A stretch of 64,000 nucleotides of DNA from Octopus vulgaris (taxonomy: Eukaryota): contig OX597819.1 in NCBI GenBank assembly GCA_951406725.2, positions 12,152,001 through 12,216,000 on the forward strand, written 5' to 3'. The notes under the pieces were generated by a model, which had not been told where the DNA came from, made no database searches, and saw only the letters and a list, made by a program, of their open reading frames with translations. Shown piece by piece: positions 38,704-51,024 of the stretch (positions are counted from its first letter, which is position 1; every line of letters begins with the position of its first letter). The position numbers and the translations under genes were made by a program.

Positions 38704-39738
38704 TAATTAATAATGCTTTCCTATATATTGCAGAGTATGCTTCTATCACCTGTTTGAATACATCTGTGATAAAACAAACTATTGAAACTGGGCAGACTTA
38801 GATAAGTAGATGTTTTCATTTAACGTGGTCAGAAGAAGCTTCATAAGAAATATGTAGAATTCTTTCCATTATCACCTTTCAGTGTTTTTGGCTATTTCAG
38901 GCACCGAGCTAGCTGATTCCTGAGCATACCTGGGAAAACGCTTAGTGCCATTTCATCCAACTTCACATTCTGACCACGTTGTTCATTCTTTTCAGACAAT
39001 GAAATAAGGAAGAGTTCAATACTTGCATTGATAGAAAAAAATTCACTGCCCCACTCTCCTCAAATTGTACCAAAATCTTAATACTTTTTGTTATATTGAG
39101 AAAAGGAAAAAAAAAAAAAAACAGAAATCTTCCTTAGCATGAAATCCGTTTCCTTCCGAAGTGGGTGGTATTAACCCACTGCGGGGCGATTCATGTAAAA
39201 ACAATAAAATAATGAATTCTTAGATTAAGTTTTATTTGTGAAATTTCATACTGTGCCTAATACATATATTTTCATATAATCTGTATACACGGTAGTGAAC
39301 TGGAAAAGTCGTAAGCGGTGTAAGGGCACCGACTTTAAAATCTAACCAGGTTATTTTGCGTGTCATGTCTCCTGGGATGATATACTAAGTACCAATCAAA
39401 AACTGGAATCGATTTCTATTTTCCCGCAATCAGATAAACGAAAGGGGAAACGACCGTTCACGGACAAGTACATTTTTTAAAACACTCTCCGGCCACAGGA
39501 AACTTTCTAATATTTACCAGCAAATGTGAACCTGGGCACAGAACCATCGCACCTATCCACGACAGCCGAGTGTTTAAAAGACCAGCGGACAACACAAAAA
39601 CACAAATAACAGTAATTTACATAGGAAGGTTACATAATTAGGCTGACCCTTAATTAACAGCAAGTCTTTTATATCGGCCCAGAATGGGAAACAAATATCT
39701 ATTTTAAACACATAAAATTAATAGATAAATAAACGTTA

Positions 39739-39913
39739 TCTTACCTTAATATACTGCTTTACCTGAATAACGACCCATCGTTAGCATCAATCATAAACAA
39801 CAGCTGCTAAATAACTATAATTCCCGACGTGAAGACACAGCTTCGGTAACGTTTATCTTGGAGACTCAGTGGTGGTGTTATATGAATTCTATTGGTCACT
39901 TCATGTCACGTGG
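39739..39913 (-). promoter_or_regulatory. Promoter/exon-1 module P5 (upstream of ZF5)
   Basis: E-box at 39905-39912, ATTGG at 39891-39895, donor at ~39744. Confidence 0.65.
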
Positions 39914-41878
39914 CCTACAAAATGAATTTTCTTTCGTTCTTTATTTGTCAGCAGCTGGAGTGTTTGGGATTTTGGATATAGTAGTACAATATATTCATGG
40001 GGCATATCCTGGAATTTATGTCGTAGCTTCCTGAAATAGCGTCGGTCGAACTTCCGCGCGAATTTGCAAGCAAAATTCTAATCGTAACTTGGACAGATGG
40101 GCATACCATTAAAGTGAATTCTGAGACTTAGCCTACTAGAGCATATGGACGTTTTAACCAACTTATCATAATTATGAGAAAAATGCGTGGTGTGGGTCCA
40201 TGCGATCATATTTGGTGCTAAACGAAATCTTTGGGGGTGAAAAGCTTCAGTTTTCACACAAGATATGCATTGTATACTTGTATTGCATCCCATTTTTTCA
40301 GTGCTAAAATTAAATTTGGAGAGATTCCTCGTCACGCGAAGTTCTTTTATCAAAATATGGAATATCAATGAAAAGAACAGACAATTTCTTTCAATTAAGA
40401 TCAAATTGAAATCTTTGGTAAATACGAAAAATGTACAAGGGAAATGGACGTGAACTTTAAAATTAGTTAAAGATTTCTGGCTGCTTTTAAACCTTAAACA
40501 CCTCTAGAGTTAGCAGAGACTTGTGCACGTGATTGCTGAAGATATTTTCATGACTAGTTAAGACTGTCGGAAGCCTTTTGGAAACAAAAGCGTAGTTAGA
40601 TTGAGTACAAATTGATGTAGGGTTAACAAAATGTTTAGAAGGTAAAATTAAATCAAGAGGAGGCTCATTTGTACGAAATAAAGAAGCATCCTTTCGATTG
40701 TAACCAAAGTTTGGTAGCTCTCAGCACATGTCCTGAGCATTTGAGAACTGGAAATAGTTCGGAGTTGCTTGTCATTGGAAATGTAAACATTAATTTAAGA
40801 TACATTCAGAAAGACAGGGGAAAAGAAAAGGAATGTTTCTGTGAGGTGACTGGAAGTAACTGAAAGGGACTTTGTTAGAGTTATTGCCCTTGGTAAGTTT
40901 GCAGCAAAGTGAGGTACTTTAGGACTTTGTGTGTAGAGATGGCGGAATGGGAAGAAACGGTTTGTACGATGGAATTGGTTGCAGAGATTTTTCCACAGAA
41001 CTACTCTGAGAACAACATTGTTTGAGAGGTGAAGGGAACAACGATTCTTCTTAGTCATAAGTGATCTTTTGGTATACAAAGATCAGTTGGAGTTTAGGAA
41101 CTGGGTAAAGGTTATCTAATTTGCAGGGATGGGTGGTTTGGTTCAAGCAGTCTAGTTGTGTCTGGACGGCTGGAAGTAAAGCATTCAGGGCCATGTGAGA
41201 TATGGATGGACATAGGCCTACAAGAATCAGTGCAGTCACCAGCCTTGATCTTTCTAATGGATCAACAGTAAAACATGATACCAAGATAATTAACACAACT
41301 GGTGCAGCTCTGCCTATTCACCTTACTCATTGTGATAGGGAAGGGATCAGTTCACTTAACAAGTGCAAAGATGATTATGGGTTGGGTGTTTGGGATATGA
41401 GATGAAAGGAGACGAGTTGATGTAGAGAAGTGAGGGCTGAGAAAGATTCGAGATGAACCTAGTGAGGGTGGGGAGAGGGATAGTTCATCTATTACATCCA
41501 AACTGTTGTTGGTGTCATGATATGGCGAAATCATGCACATCCTTATAACTGTGAATTTAGGTAGTGTCAAAAGATGTGGCTGTATGGAATTACTGGAAAG
41601 TTCAGTTCCTGTGTCTTTATCTTCATTCAATAGTGATTATTTACCTAGATTTACTAGAAAGTCGAAGTACTATGCCACCAGATACATCACAACTATGATA
41701 ATATAATCAATAGTGACATTTCTGAATACTCACCATATCCTCATGACAACCATGGGGCTTTACATCAAAATGATATAATACTGTTATACTTGACGATGGT
41801 CAACAAACACACACACTATATCAGATCCAATCAAATCAAATCAAATTTTTTGGCAGGAGAAGAGTACAATGTGTTTAA

Positions 41879-42089
41879 CCCTTTAGTGTTCAGATTACTC
41901 TGTCAAATATAATGCTTTTTCATTCACATTGTTTTGAATTAATCCTGCATTATCTGGTAGTTCTGAGATATGATGGTTTATTTTGAGGATGTCATTGTAG
42001 GATATGAGTGAGAGACCAGATCTAGATAGTTTGAACATAAAAAAAGTAGAAAATTTGGGCCGGATATGGCCAGTTTAAATGCTAAAGGG
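41879..42089. mobile_element. piggyBac-like MITE nested in a LINE 3' end (~41828-42225, minus)
   Basis: TTAA-CCCTTTAG...CTAAAGGG-TTAA. The host element has an (ATTTG)n tail. Confidence 0.8.
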
Positions 42090-43469
42090 TTAAGCCATAT
42101 AAAAGAAAAAAAAACAGTTATTGTTATATACACTCTTATACATATTTGCCACAGCCTCTTTGAACAGGGGAGTGGTGGGCAGTTGAAAGACATCTTGTGG
42201 TAGCTCGTTTGGCATGATCCAACCATATTTCATCTTCTCTTCAGCTTTATCATTAATCTAGTTTCTTTCCTAAAGCGCTTTCATCCAACATCTCGTGACC
42301 TCCTCAGTGATTCTCAATCCCATGTCTCTTCTTATTCTGCTTATTCCATTTCGCATTTCTGTGGTATGTATCCTTATCTACGCAACAACTTGCAGCTGTA
42401 TCTGGGTGTGTGTTTTGTCTGCATATGCGTATCCTTAATACATTTTTGGTACCTGGATCTTTTACTTTTCTTCTTTCTCATTGTCTTTAGTATGTCTTGT
42501 GTTTGTGTATACAGGTTTATGTATTATACTGCATCTATCTGTATTTCCTCTTAATCTTTCATCATCAGGTTGCCCAGTGTGGTAGAGTGGAGTCAATCCA
42601 TTCATGTCTTCTATTGAGGCTCAGTCCATCCACTACTGTATATATGGCCACCATAATCTAGTCTGTGCTGATAATATCTTAACATCTATGTTATTAACGA
42701 AGCCTCCATGTTCTAATTGAGCATGTTGGTCGAGCACTGTTGACCTTCTCTCCTCCCTCACCTTCCACCACTGTATGTCATCGTCTTGTTTCTCTACCAT
42801 ATCTCACACTGTAAGCTACATTCATAGCTTAAGTTTTTCTGTGGGTTCATCCTACACACTATACAGCTGCTCTCCCTATAGGTGGGTCTTTCAAATGGAT
42901 ATGTGCTTCTGATCTAGGATTTCATGGAGATCCCTGTCCTTTCTACTACTAAATTCATCTCATCTAAGGTTTTCCAAAAATTATATGCTTGTTCACCTAC
43001 AGGGGTAGCATCAATGAACATAATACTCTTGTATTTTTAGTTATCTTACTATGAGTTAGTTGGCCTTATCCATCTTCTTTATCCTTTCCATGCAACTCCA
43101 GGATTTACCTGTATAGAGTGGGCAGATCCAAATTTGCATCATTCTCTATGATGGTCTTGTATTGAGTCCTAGCTCCGTTGTACTCTTTGATCCTATCTCT
43201 TTAACAATACCCAGAGAATGCAGTAGATGAAGTGTTGTACATCTCCCTAATTTTGCCAGGTTGCTAGTAGTAGAGTTTTCTCATTTTAACCATATCATAT
43301 AATGCATGTGACCTAACAAGTAACATTGAAAAGATAAATTTACTACAACTTCCAAAGAATACACTAAACATATTATAAACATTTATAGTAATTTAATAAC
43401 ATTCATATACATAAATTCTTTAATACAAATATCACAACAATATGGTTTTATAATATGCTTTCCTACAAA

Positions 43470-43770
43470 AGTCAGTGGTAAGGTTTATCTCCATCATTAA
43501 AAGGACATTTATGAGTAGATATATAATCACTGTGATTAAACACAAATAACACAGCTGTATGGTTTTTTCCCAATATGAGTATGATTATGCCTTATTAAAC
43601 ACCTCAAGTTAGGAAATGTTTTACAACAGATTTCCAATGTGTGTATGTATGTTTTTTTAACCTGCCACTATTGGAAAATTTCTTCCCACAAACTTCACAG
43701 TGATATGGTTTTTCTCCAATATGAGTGCGTTTATGAAATAATAGGACAGATATTTCAGAAAATATTTTCC
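43470..43770 (-). pseudogene. Orphan fossil-finger tail (second tail downstream of ZF6; probable relic of a deleted ninth gene)
   Basis: Diverged paralog of 44481-44802, cut at ...gaaaatattttcc by an RTE fragment. Confidence 0.65.
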
Positions 43771-44445
43771 TTCGTAGAAGTAGGGGTTCACGAAGGTTCA
43801 GAGTTCAGTCCCCTTTTATTCATTATAGGCAATAACAGAGGAATTCAAGATGGGTTGCCTCCAGGAGCTCCTCTATGCTGATGACCTGGCCCTCATAGTG
43901 GAATCACTACCAGAACTAGAAAAGAAATTTCCGGTGTGGAAGCTAGGTTTAGAATCAAAAGGCCATAGAGTCAATGTAGCAAAGACCAAAGTTCTAGCAA
44001 GTAGGAAGGCAAACTGATCACATACACACTCGATCTGTAGAAAAGGTGTAGGTAGAAACTCCATAAAATGTACCCAGTGTAAGCTATGGACACATAAGAG
44101 GTGCAGCAACATCATCGAGAAGATAGCTTTCGTGTGCCACAGATACTCAGAAAACAGATTCCATCACACACCAGGCGAAGAAACTAGAAGTAGTTGATAG
44201 CTTCTGCAACTTAGGTGACCAAGTTAGTAGTGGGGGTGGAGGCTCAGAGTGTTACCACTAGAATAAGAATAGCCTGGGCAAAGTTTAGAAAGGAATCTGG
44301 GGTAGAGGTAGACCCATGAAGACATGGGATGAGGTGGTCAAGCATGACCTTCGAACGTTGGGTCTCACAGAGGAAATGACAAAAGACCAAGACCTCTGGA
44401 GATATGCTGTGATTGAGAAGACCCAGCAAATAAAGTGAGTTCATG
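43771..44445 (+). mobile_element. RTE-clade LINE fragment, same family as 21100-22280
   Basis: VEVGVHEGSEFSPLLFII, ELLYADDLAL, VNVAKTKVL, CKLWTHKRCSNI. Confidence 0.85.
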
Positions 44446-44802
44446 GCTCGCAAGATGGCCAACTGTGCTGTGCTTACAAAAGTCAGTAGTAAGGTTTATC
44501 TCCATCATTACCAATACATTTATGAATACATATATAATCACTGCGAGTAAATGATTTCCCATAATTAACACAGTTTTACCCCAGTATGAGTACGCTTGTG
44601 TCTTATTAAACACCTCAAGTTAGGAAATGTTTTGCCACAGATTTTGCAGATTGCCAGTGTGTGTATGTTTTTTTAACCTGCCACTACATGAAAATTTCTT
44701 CCCACAAACTTCACAGTGATATGGTTTTTAACCAGGATGAGTGCATTTATGAAGAAATAGGACAGATTTTTCAGAAATGCTTTCCCACATATCTCACATT
44801 AT

Positions 44803-45831
44803 TTATGGCTTTTCTCCTGTATGAATACGGTTATGTATTGTTAAGCTGGTCTTAAGTGAAAACTTTTGTCCACATATTAAACAGTGATATGGTCTCTCTC
44901 CTGTGTGAGTACGTCTGTGTCTTTTTAAACTACCATTTATAGAAAATGCCTTCCCACAGATTTCACAGGAGTACGGTTTTTCTCCAGTATGAATACGTTT
45001 GTGACTTTTTAAGCTGCTACTATCAGAAAAGTCTTTTCCACAAATTTCACACCGATATGGTTTCTCTCCTGTGTGAATACGTTTGTGTAATGTTAGTCCA
45101 TATTTTTGAGGAAATGCTTTCCCACAGATTTCACAGTGGTGTCGTTTTTCTCCTGTGTGACTATGTTTATGCTTCATTAAGGTACCTCTGTTTGTAAATC
45201 CTTTCCCACATATGTCACAAGGATATGGCTTCTCTCCAGTATGAAGACGTTTGTGTATTGTTAAAGAGTATTTTATAGAAAATGCTTTATCACAGATTTC
45301 ACAGTGGTAAGGTTTTGAGTGCACACCTCTGTGTATTTCACAGGCACTTGCAGTAGAAAAAGCTTTCCCACAGTCATCACACTTGTATGTTTCCTCCCCA
45401 GTGTGAGTACGCTTATGTCTTGATAAATTACCAACTTGAGAAAATGTTTTGCCACAGATTTCACAATGGAATTGTTTTTCTCCAGTGTGAATAAGCTGAT
45501 GAATTCTTACACTACAAAACAGCGAAAATGCTTTGCCACAGATTTCACAATGAAATGGTTTCTCTCCTGTGTGAGTACGTTTGTGTATCTTTATGTAACC
45601 TTTACTAGAAAATGATTTTCCACATATTTCACAGTGAAATGGCTTTTCCCCTGTATGTGTACGTTTGTGTTCTGTTAAATAAGTTTTAACAGAGAATGCT
45701 TTCTTGCATACTTCACAGCTGTATGGCTTTTCTCCAGTATGGGTGCGCCTGTGAATAGCTAAATTACGTGTTGTACTAAGTAGTTTGCCACAAATACTGC
45801 ATTCATAATGTTTGCTCACTTCCTCAGACAT
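44803..45831 (-). CDS. ZF6: C2H2 zinc-finger protein, 12 fingers, 342 aa
   Basis: Intact ORF (MSEEVSK...) with 12 C2H2 repeats ending KP-TAA; acceptor at ~45956. Confidence 0.92.
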   Translation of the reverse strand: MSEEVSKHYECSICGKLLSTTRNLAIHRRTHTGEKPYSCEVCKKAFSVKTYLTEHKRTHTGEKPFHCEICGKSFSSKGYIKIHKRTHTGEKPFHCEICGKAFSLFCSVRIHQLIHTGEKQFHCEICGKTFSQVGNLSRHKRTHTGEETYKCDDCGKAFSTASACEIHRGVHSKPYHCEICDKAFSIKYSLTIHKRLHTGEKPYPCDICGKGFTNRGTLMKHKHSHTGEKRHHCEICGKAFPQKYGLTLHKRIHTGEKPYRCEICGKDFSDSSSLKSHKRIHTGEKPYSCEICGKAFSINGSLKRHRRTHTGERPYHCLICGQKFSLKTSLTIHNRIHTGEKP

Positions 45832-46597
45832 TCTCTGAGTTAAATTTTCAGTTTTATTCTTTTATTCTGAAGACAATTGGTTGATAAATCTCTATCCGAA
45901 CACAGCAGATTTGCAGTATCCTCTGCAGATAATCTTCTTTCCAATGGAAATATGTCCTGAAAGAAAATAAAATATATCTTAGATACTAACAACCAAAAAG
46001 TTGTGAAATGAGTAGCTGTTTGTGTGGTATATGATTAACTATTCTCAACAATATCTCACAATCACAACTTTGATCTATGTTGTCTCTGCTCAGGATTAAT
46101 AGAATATTCCCTAAGTCCTCATCATTATTATTTAATATCTGTTTTTGACCCTGGCAAAGGATGGATAGTTTGACAGGCTCCATTGTGTGTTTCGGTATGG
46201 TTTCTACAGCTGGATGCCCTTCCTAACACCAACTACTCAGCAGAGTGATCTTTGTGCTTTTTACATGGCAGAAGCAATGGTGAGGTCAGTTTTGGCAAGG
46301 CTTTTACAGCCCTGTTTCTTGTTTAATTTGTTTCCAGATAATATTGTAAACATTAACACTTTCTTATCTTCATATACATCCACACACTCATATACATATA
46401 TACACACACACACATATAGGCAATGATTGCCTACAGGCACATAGGGACTCTTTTGTTTTGACTCGGAGGCGAAACATAGCCATATGTATGCATGCATGCA
46501 TACATATGGCTATGTTTCGTATGTATGTTTACATATGCTTACACTACAACTATAGAAAAAACATTTTCAGCATAAAATACACACAATATAAATTCAC

Positions 46598-46925
46598 TCG
46601 GTTCCGCGTTCAGTCCCACTGCATGGCACTTTGGGTAAGTGTCTTCTACTATAGCCTCGGGCCAACCAAAGCCTTGTGAGTAGATTTGGTAGACGGAAAC
46701 TGAAAGAAGCCTGTCATATATGTGTGTGTGTGTGTGTTTGTCCTCCCACCATCACTTGACAACTGATGTTGGTGCGTTTACATTCCCGTAACTTAGCAGT
46801 TCGGCAAAAGAAACCGATAAAATAAGTGCTAGGCTTACAGAGAGTAAGTTCTGAAGTCAATTTGTTCGACTAAAGATGGTGTTCCAGCATGGCCGCAGTC
46901 AAATGACAATAAAAACAAAAAAATA
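46598..46925 (+). mobile_element. SINE family A, 5'-truncated
   Basis: Similar to 11795-12150. Confidence 0.8.
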
Positions 46926-47155
46926 AAGGAATATGAATTCACATTCTCTATATATTTAATAACGAACCACTAATCCACATGCTGGAAAATGTATTTATGT
47001 AAAGCGTTGGGAGTGGGGTAGGGAATGAAATTTCCTAAGTTTCAACCCCACCCCACTGTTTCCAGACCAAAAAAACAGGTTTTTTTATCATCGAATGAAT
47101 TACGGTGACCTAATATGCCACTGTAATTCATTCAATGGAAAAAAAAAAATTTCCA

Positions 47156-47455
47156 CAAGTGTCTTCTACTATAGCCTCAGGCCGACCAAAGCCGTGCGAA
47201 TGGATTTGGTAGACAAAAACTGAAAAAAGCCCATCGTATATATATATATGTATGTGTGTGTGTCTGTGTTTGTGCCCCCAACATTGCTTGACAACTGATG
47301 CTGGTGTGTTTACGTCCCCATAACTTAGCAGTTCGGCAAAAGAGACCGACAGAATAAGTACTAGGCTTACAAAGAATAAGGCCTGGAGGCAATTTGCTCG
47401 ACTAAAGGTAGTGCTCCAGCATGGCCACAGTCAAATGACAAACAAGTAAAAGAGT
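47156..47455 (+). mobile_element. SINE family A, 5'-truncated
   Basis: Similar to 11832-12150. Confidence 0.8.
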
Positions 47456-49394
47456 AATGATTCCCACCACTTTTTTTTTCCAAACAAAAATATGGGATTT
47501 GCTGCCAAAAATCTCGTTTTTTCTCCCCCTTAGTGAAAATCATGCAAGTGTACTTCCCAATGAGGATGGGACCGAGGTGAAACTTCCGAGGGCTCCACCC
47601 CACTGTGTTTTCTGGACCAAAGGAAGGGGTCCTTACTTAAGTACAGAGGTCTCAATGCATCTATGTAACCCAAACCCTAAAATGGTCAATATGAAGATTG
47701 ACTTACGTTAATAATAAAAATAAAGCAGCCTGCTTGATGTTAAATACTGCAGAAAACAAATGCAAACCAAAAAATTGCGCAAACGAACGTGGGTGGGGTG
47801 AGGACTGTTGGAAAATTTACATGATCCATTTTACCCACCTCGTAACTTTCAACAAACAATCATGGAGTCGACCCAACACGAGAACAACTTTTGTAAAAGT
47901 AATAACCAACGAAAAACGGTAAGGTGGTGGTATCAACATACCATCACTAAACTGATGACCTCAGAGCCTTATATTCATATAGCAATCTCCATTGCTATAC
48001 ACCTCTAGAGGTGGCCAGTTCATTTGTAGAAGATTGTGTACAACACTTGCTGAAGACATTTTTCTGATTAGTTACGACTAAGAATTCTTTCGGAAACAAA
48101 AGTTTATTTAGAGTGAGGACAAATTGATACAGGGTTACTGGAGTGGATAGAAGGAAAAAAATTACATCAAGAGAAGTCTCACTTGTGTAGAATATAGAAG
48201 CATCATTTTAATCAGTTGTAACCAAAGTTTGCTAGTTCGCAGTACATGTCTGAGCATTTGCGAAGTGGTAATAGTTTGCGGCTTTTCTTTTAGAATTAGT
48301 TATATATCATCAGGATCAGAAGGTTAAACATTAATCAGGATACACGCAGAAAGACAGAGCAAAAGACTGACGGGTAGAGTTTGGTGAGAATGGGAGATAT
48401 TTGTGTGGGGCACTGACAGAAGGTAACTTAAGCGACTTTGTTAGAATTATTGGCCTTGGTAAGTTTGCAGCAGACTGAGGTATTTTAGGTCTTAGCCTGT
48501 GTGTGTGTGCATGGTGGAATGGGAAGAAACGTTTAGCACAATAGAGTTGGTTGCAGTGATATTTCCACAGAACTACTCTGAGAATTACAATGTTTGAGAG
48601 ATGAAGCTCCTTCAGTCTTTCTTCTCCTCATTCTCTTTTTCATCATCAGGTTGTGCAGTGTGGTGGAGTGGAGCTGATGTTATTCCATTCACGTTTTCTC
48701 AGTCAGTCTACTACTGCATGTGTGGCCTCCATATTGTCTGATCTATGTGTTGATATGTTAACATCTGTTATTAACCATGCCTTCATGTCCTAATTGAGCA
48801 TGTTGGTAGAGCACTGATGAGCTTCTCTCCTTCACCGTCCACCAGTGTATGTCATATCCTCTTTCTCTTCCATACCTCACTACACTTTATATTTTAAGCT
48901 ACATTCCTCACTTTACAGTTTATCCGTGGGTTCACCCTACACAGTTGCTCTCCTTACAGGTGGTTCACTCAAATGGATACGTTTTACAGATCTGGTATTT
49001 TATGGAGGTCCCTGGCCTTTCTACTACTTTAATAAATAAATTCATCTTATCTAAGGTTTTCCCAAAAACATATGCTAGTTCATCAACAAACATAATACTC
49101 TGGTAGTTTTAGTTATCATACCATGAGTTAGTTGACCTTACCTATCTATCTTCAACCTTTCCATGCTATTCCAGGATTTACTTGTGTATGGTGGGCACAT
49201 CCCAATTTGCATCATTCGCCATGATGGCCTTGTATTTAGTCCTGACTCCTTTCTACACTTTGATACTATCTCTTCAACAGCAGCCAGGTAACTGTGTGCA
49301 GTGGATGGAGTGTTGTATGTCTCCCTAATTCTGTTGCATTGCCACTAGTAGTAGTAATAGTAACAATGGTTTTCTCACTCTAACCATATCATAT

Positions 49395-49520
49395 GATACA
49401 TGTGACCTAACAAGTAACATTAAAAATGAAAAAATTTACAACTTCCAAAAAATACACTAAACATATTATAAACAATTATAATAATTTAATAATATTCATA
49501 TACATAAATTCTTTAATACA
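49395..49520 (-). promoter_or_regulatory. Putative polyadenylation region (shown for ZF7; conserved after ZF2-ZF8, deleted after ZF1)
   Basis: Two ATTAAA hexamers on minus followed by a GT/T-rich tract and the invariant ...gttacttgttag/gtcaca block. That block could alternatively be a splice acceptor. Confidence 0.4.
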
Positions 49521-49564
49521 AATATCACAACAAAATGGTTTTATAATATGCTTTCCTACAAAAG

Positions 49565-49906
49565 TCAGTGGTAAGGTTTATCTCCATCATTAAAAGTACA
49601 TTTATGAGTAGATATATAATCACTGTGATGAAATGATTTCCCACAAATAACACAGCTGTATGGTTTTTCCCCAGTATGAGTACGATTATGCCTTATTAAA
49701 CACCTCAAGTTAGGAAATGTTTTGCCACAGATTTCACAGTGGTGAGGTTTCTCTCCAGTGTGTATATGTATATGTCCGTTTAAGCTGCCACTATTGGAAA
49801 ATTCCTTGCCACAAACTTCACAGTGATATGGTTTTTCTTCAGTATGAGAGCATTTATGAATTAACATGATAGATTTTTCAGAAAATTCTTTCCTGCATAT
49901 TTCTCA
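49565..49906 (-). pseudogene. Fossil fingers downstream of the ZF7 ancestral stop (ATG-initiated 100-aa ORF)
   Basis: ORF 49565..49867 has two canonical fingers and one atypical finger. Confidence 0.8.
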
Positions 49907-49983
49907 TTAGTGTGGCTTTTCTCCGGTATGAATACGGTTATGTATCATTAAGCTGGTCTGAAATGAAAAATTTTTTCCACATA

Positions 49984-51024
49984 TTAAACAGTGATATATG
50001 GTGTCTCTCCTGTGTGAATACGTCTGTGTCTTTGTAAAGTACAACTTTCAGAAAATGCTTTGCCACAGATTTCACAGTGATGCGGTTTTTCCCCAGTATG
50101 AATACGTTTGTGTTTATTTAAGCCACAACTACCAGAAAAGTCTTTTCCACAAACTTCACAGTGATATGGTTTCTCTCCTGTGTGAATACGTTTGTGTAAT
50201 GTCAGAGCATATTTTACAGTGAATGCTTTCCCACAGATTTCACAGTGGTGTTGTTTTTCCTCCATGTGAGTACGTTTATGACTTATTAAGTGACCCCTAC
50301 TTGGAAATCCTTTCCCACATACTTCACAATCATATGGCCTCTCTCCAGTGTGAACACGTTCGTGTATTGTTAAAATCTCTTTTGCAGAAAATGTTTTATC
50401 ACAGATTTCACAGTGGTAAGGTTTTGAATGCACACCTCTGTGTCTTTCAAAGTTACTCGCATACTTAAAAGCTTTCCCACAGTCATCACACTTGTATGGC
50501 TCCTCCCCAGTGTGAACACGTCTATGTGTTGATAAATGAGTACGTCGAGAAAATAGTTTGCCACAGATTTCACAATCATATTGTTTTTCTCCAGTGTGAG
50601 AAAGTTGATGATATTTTACACTACTAAATACAGAAAATGCTTTGCCACAGATTTCACAGTGATATGGTTTCTCTCCAGTGTGAACACGTTTGTGTATCTT
50701 TACGTAACCTTTATGAGAAAATGATTTTCCACATATTTCACAGTGGTATGGTTTCTCTCCAGTGTGTGTACGTTTGTGAATCTTTATGTAACCTTTATCA
50801 GAAAATGATATTCCACATATTTCACAGTGAAATGGTCTCTCTCCTGTGTGGGTACATTTGTGTTCTATTACATTTCCTTTTTGAGAGAGTGCTTTCTCAC
50901 ATACTTCACAGTTGTATGGCTTTTCCCTAGTATGTGTGCGCCTATGAATAGCTAAATTAGATTTTGTAGTAAGTACTTGATCACAAATGCCACATTCGTA
51001 AAGTTTGCTCACTTCCTGAAACAT
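49984..51024 (-). CDS. ZF7: C2H2 zinc-finger protein, 12 intact fingers; 13th removed by a 2-nt frameshift
   Basis: Paralogous ATG at 51024, with an in-frame upstream ATG at 51057. An extra AT at ~49994-49999 (gtgatatatgg vs gtgatatgg) ends the protein at TGETPYITV. The ancestral stop is at 49907; acceptor at ~51145. Confidence 0.85.
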   Translation of the reverse strand: MFQEVSKLYECGICDQVLTTKSNLAIHRRTHTREKPYNCEVCEKALSQKGNVIEHKCTHTGERPFHCEICGISFSDKGYIKIHKRTHTGEKPYHCEICGKSFSHKGYVKIHKRVHTGEKPYHCEICGKAFSVFSSVKYHQLSHTGEKQYDCEICGKLFSRRTHLSTHRRVHTGEEPYKCDDCGKAFKYASNFERHRGVHSKPYHCEICDKTFSAKEILTIHERVHTGERPYDCEVCGKGFPSRGHLISHKRTHMEEKQHHCEICGKAFTVKYALTLHKRIHTGEKPYHCEVCGKDFSGSCGLNKHKRIHTGEKPHHCEICGKAFSESCTLQRHRRIHTGETPYITV

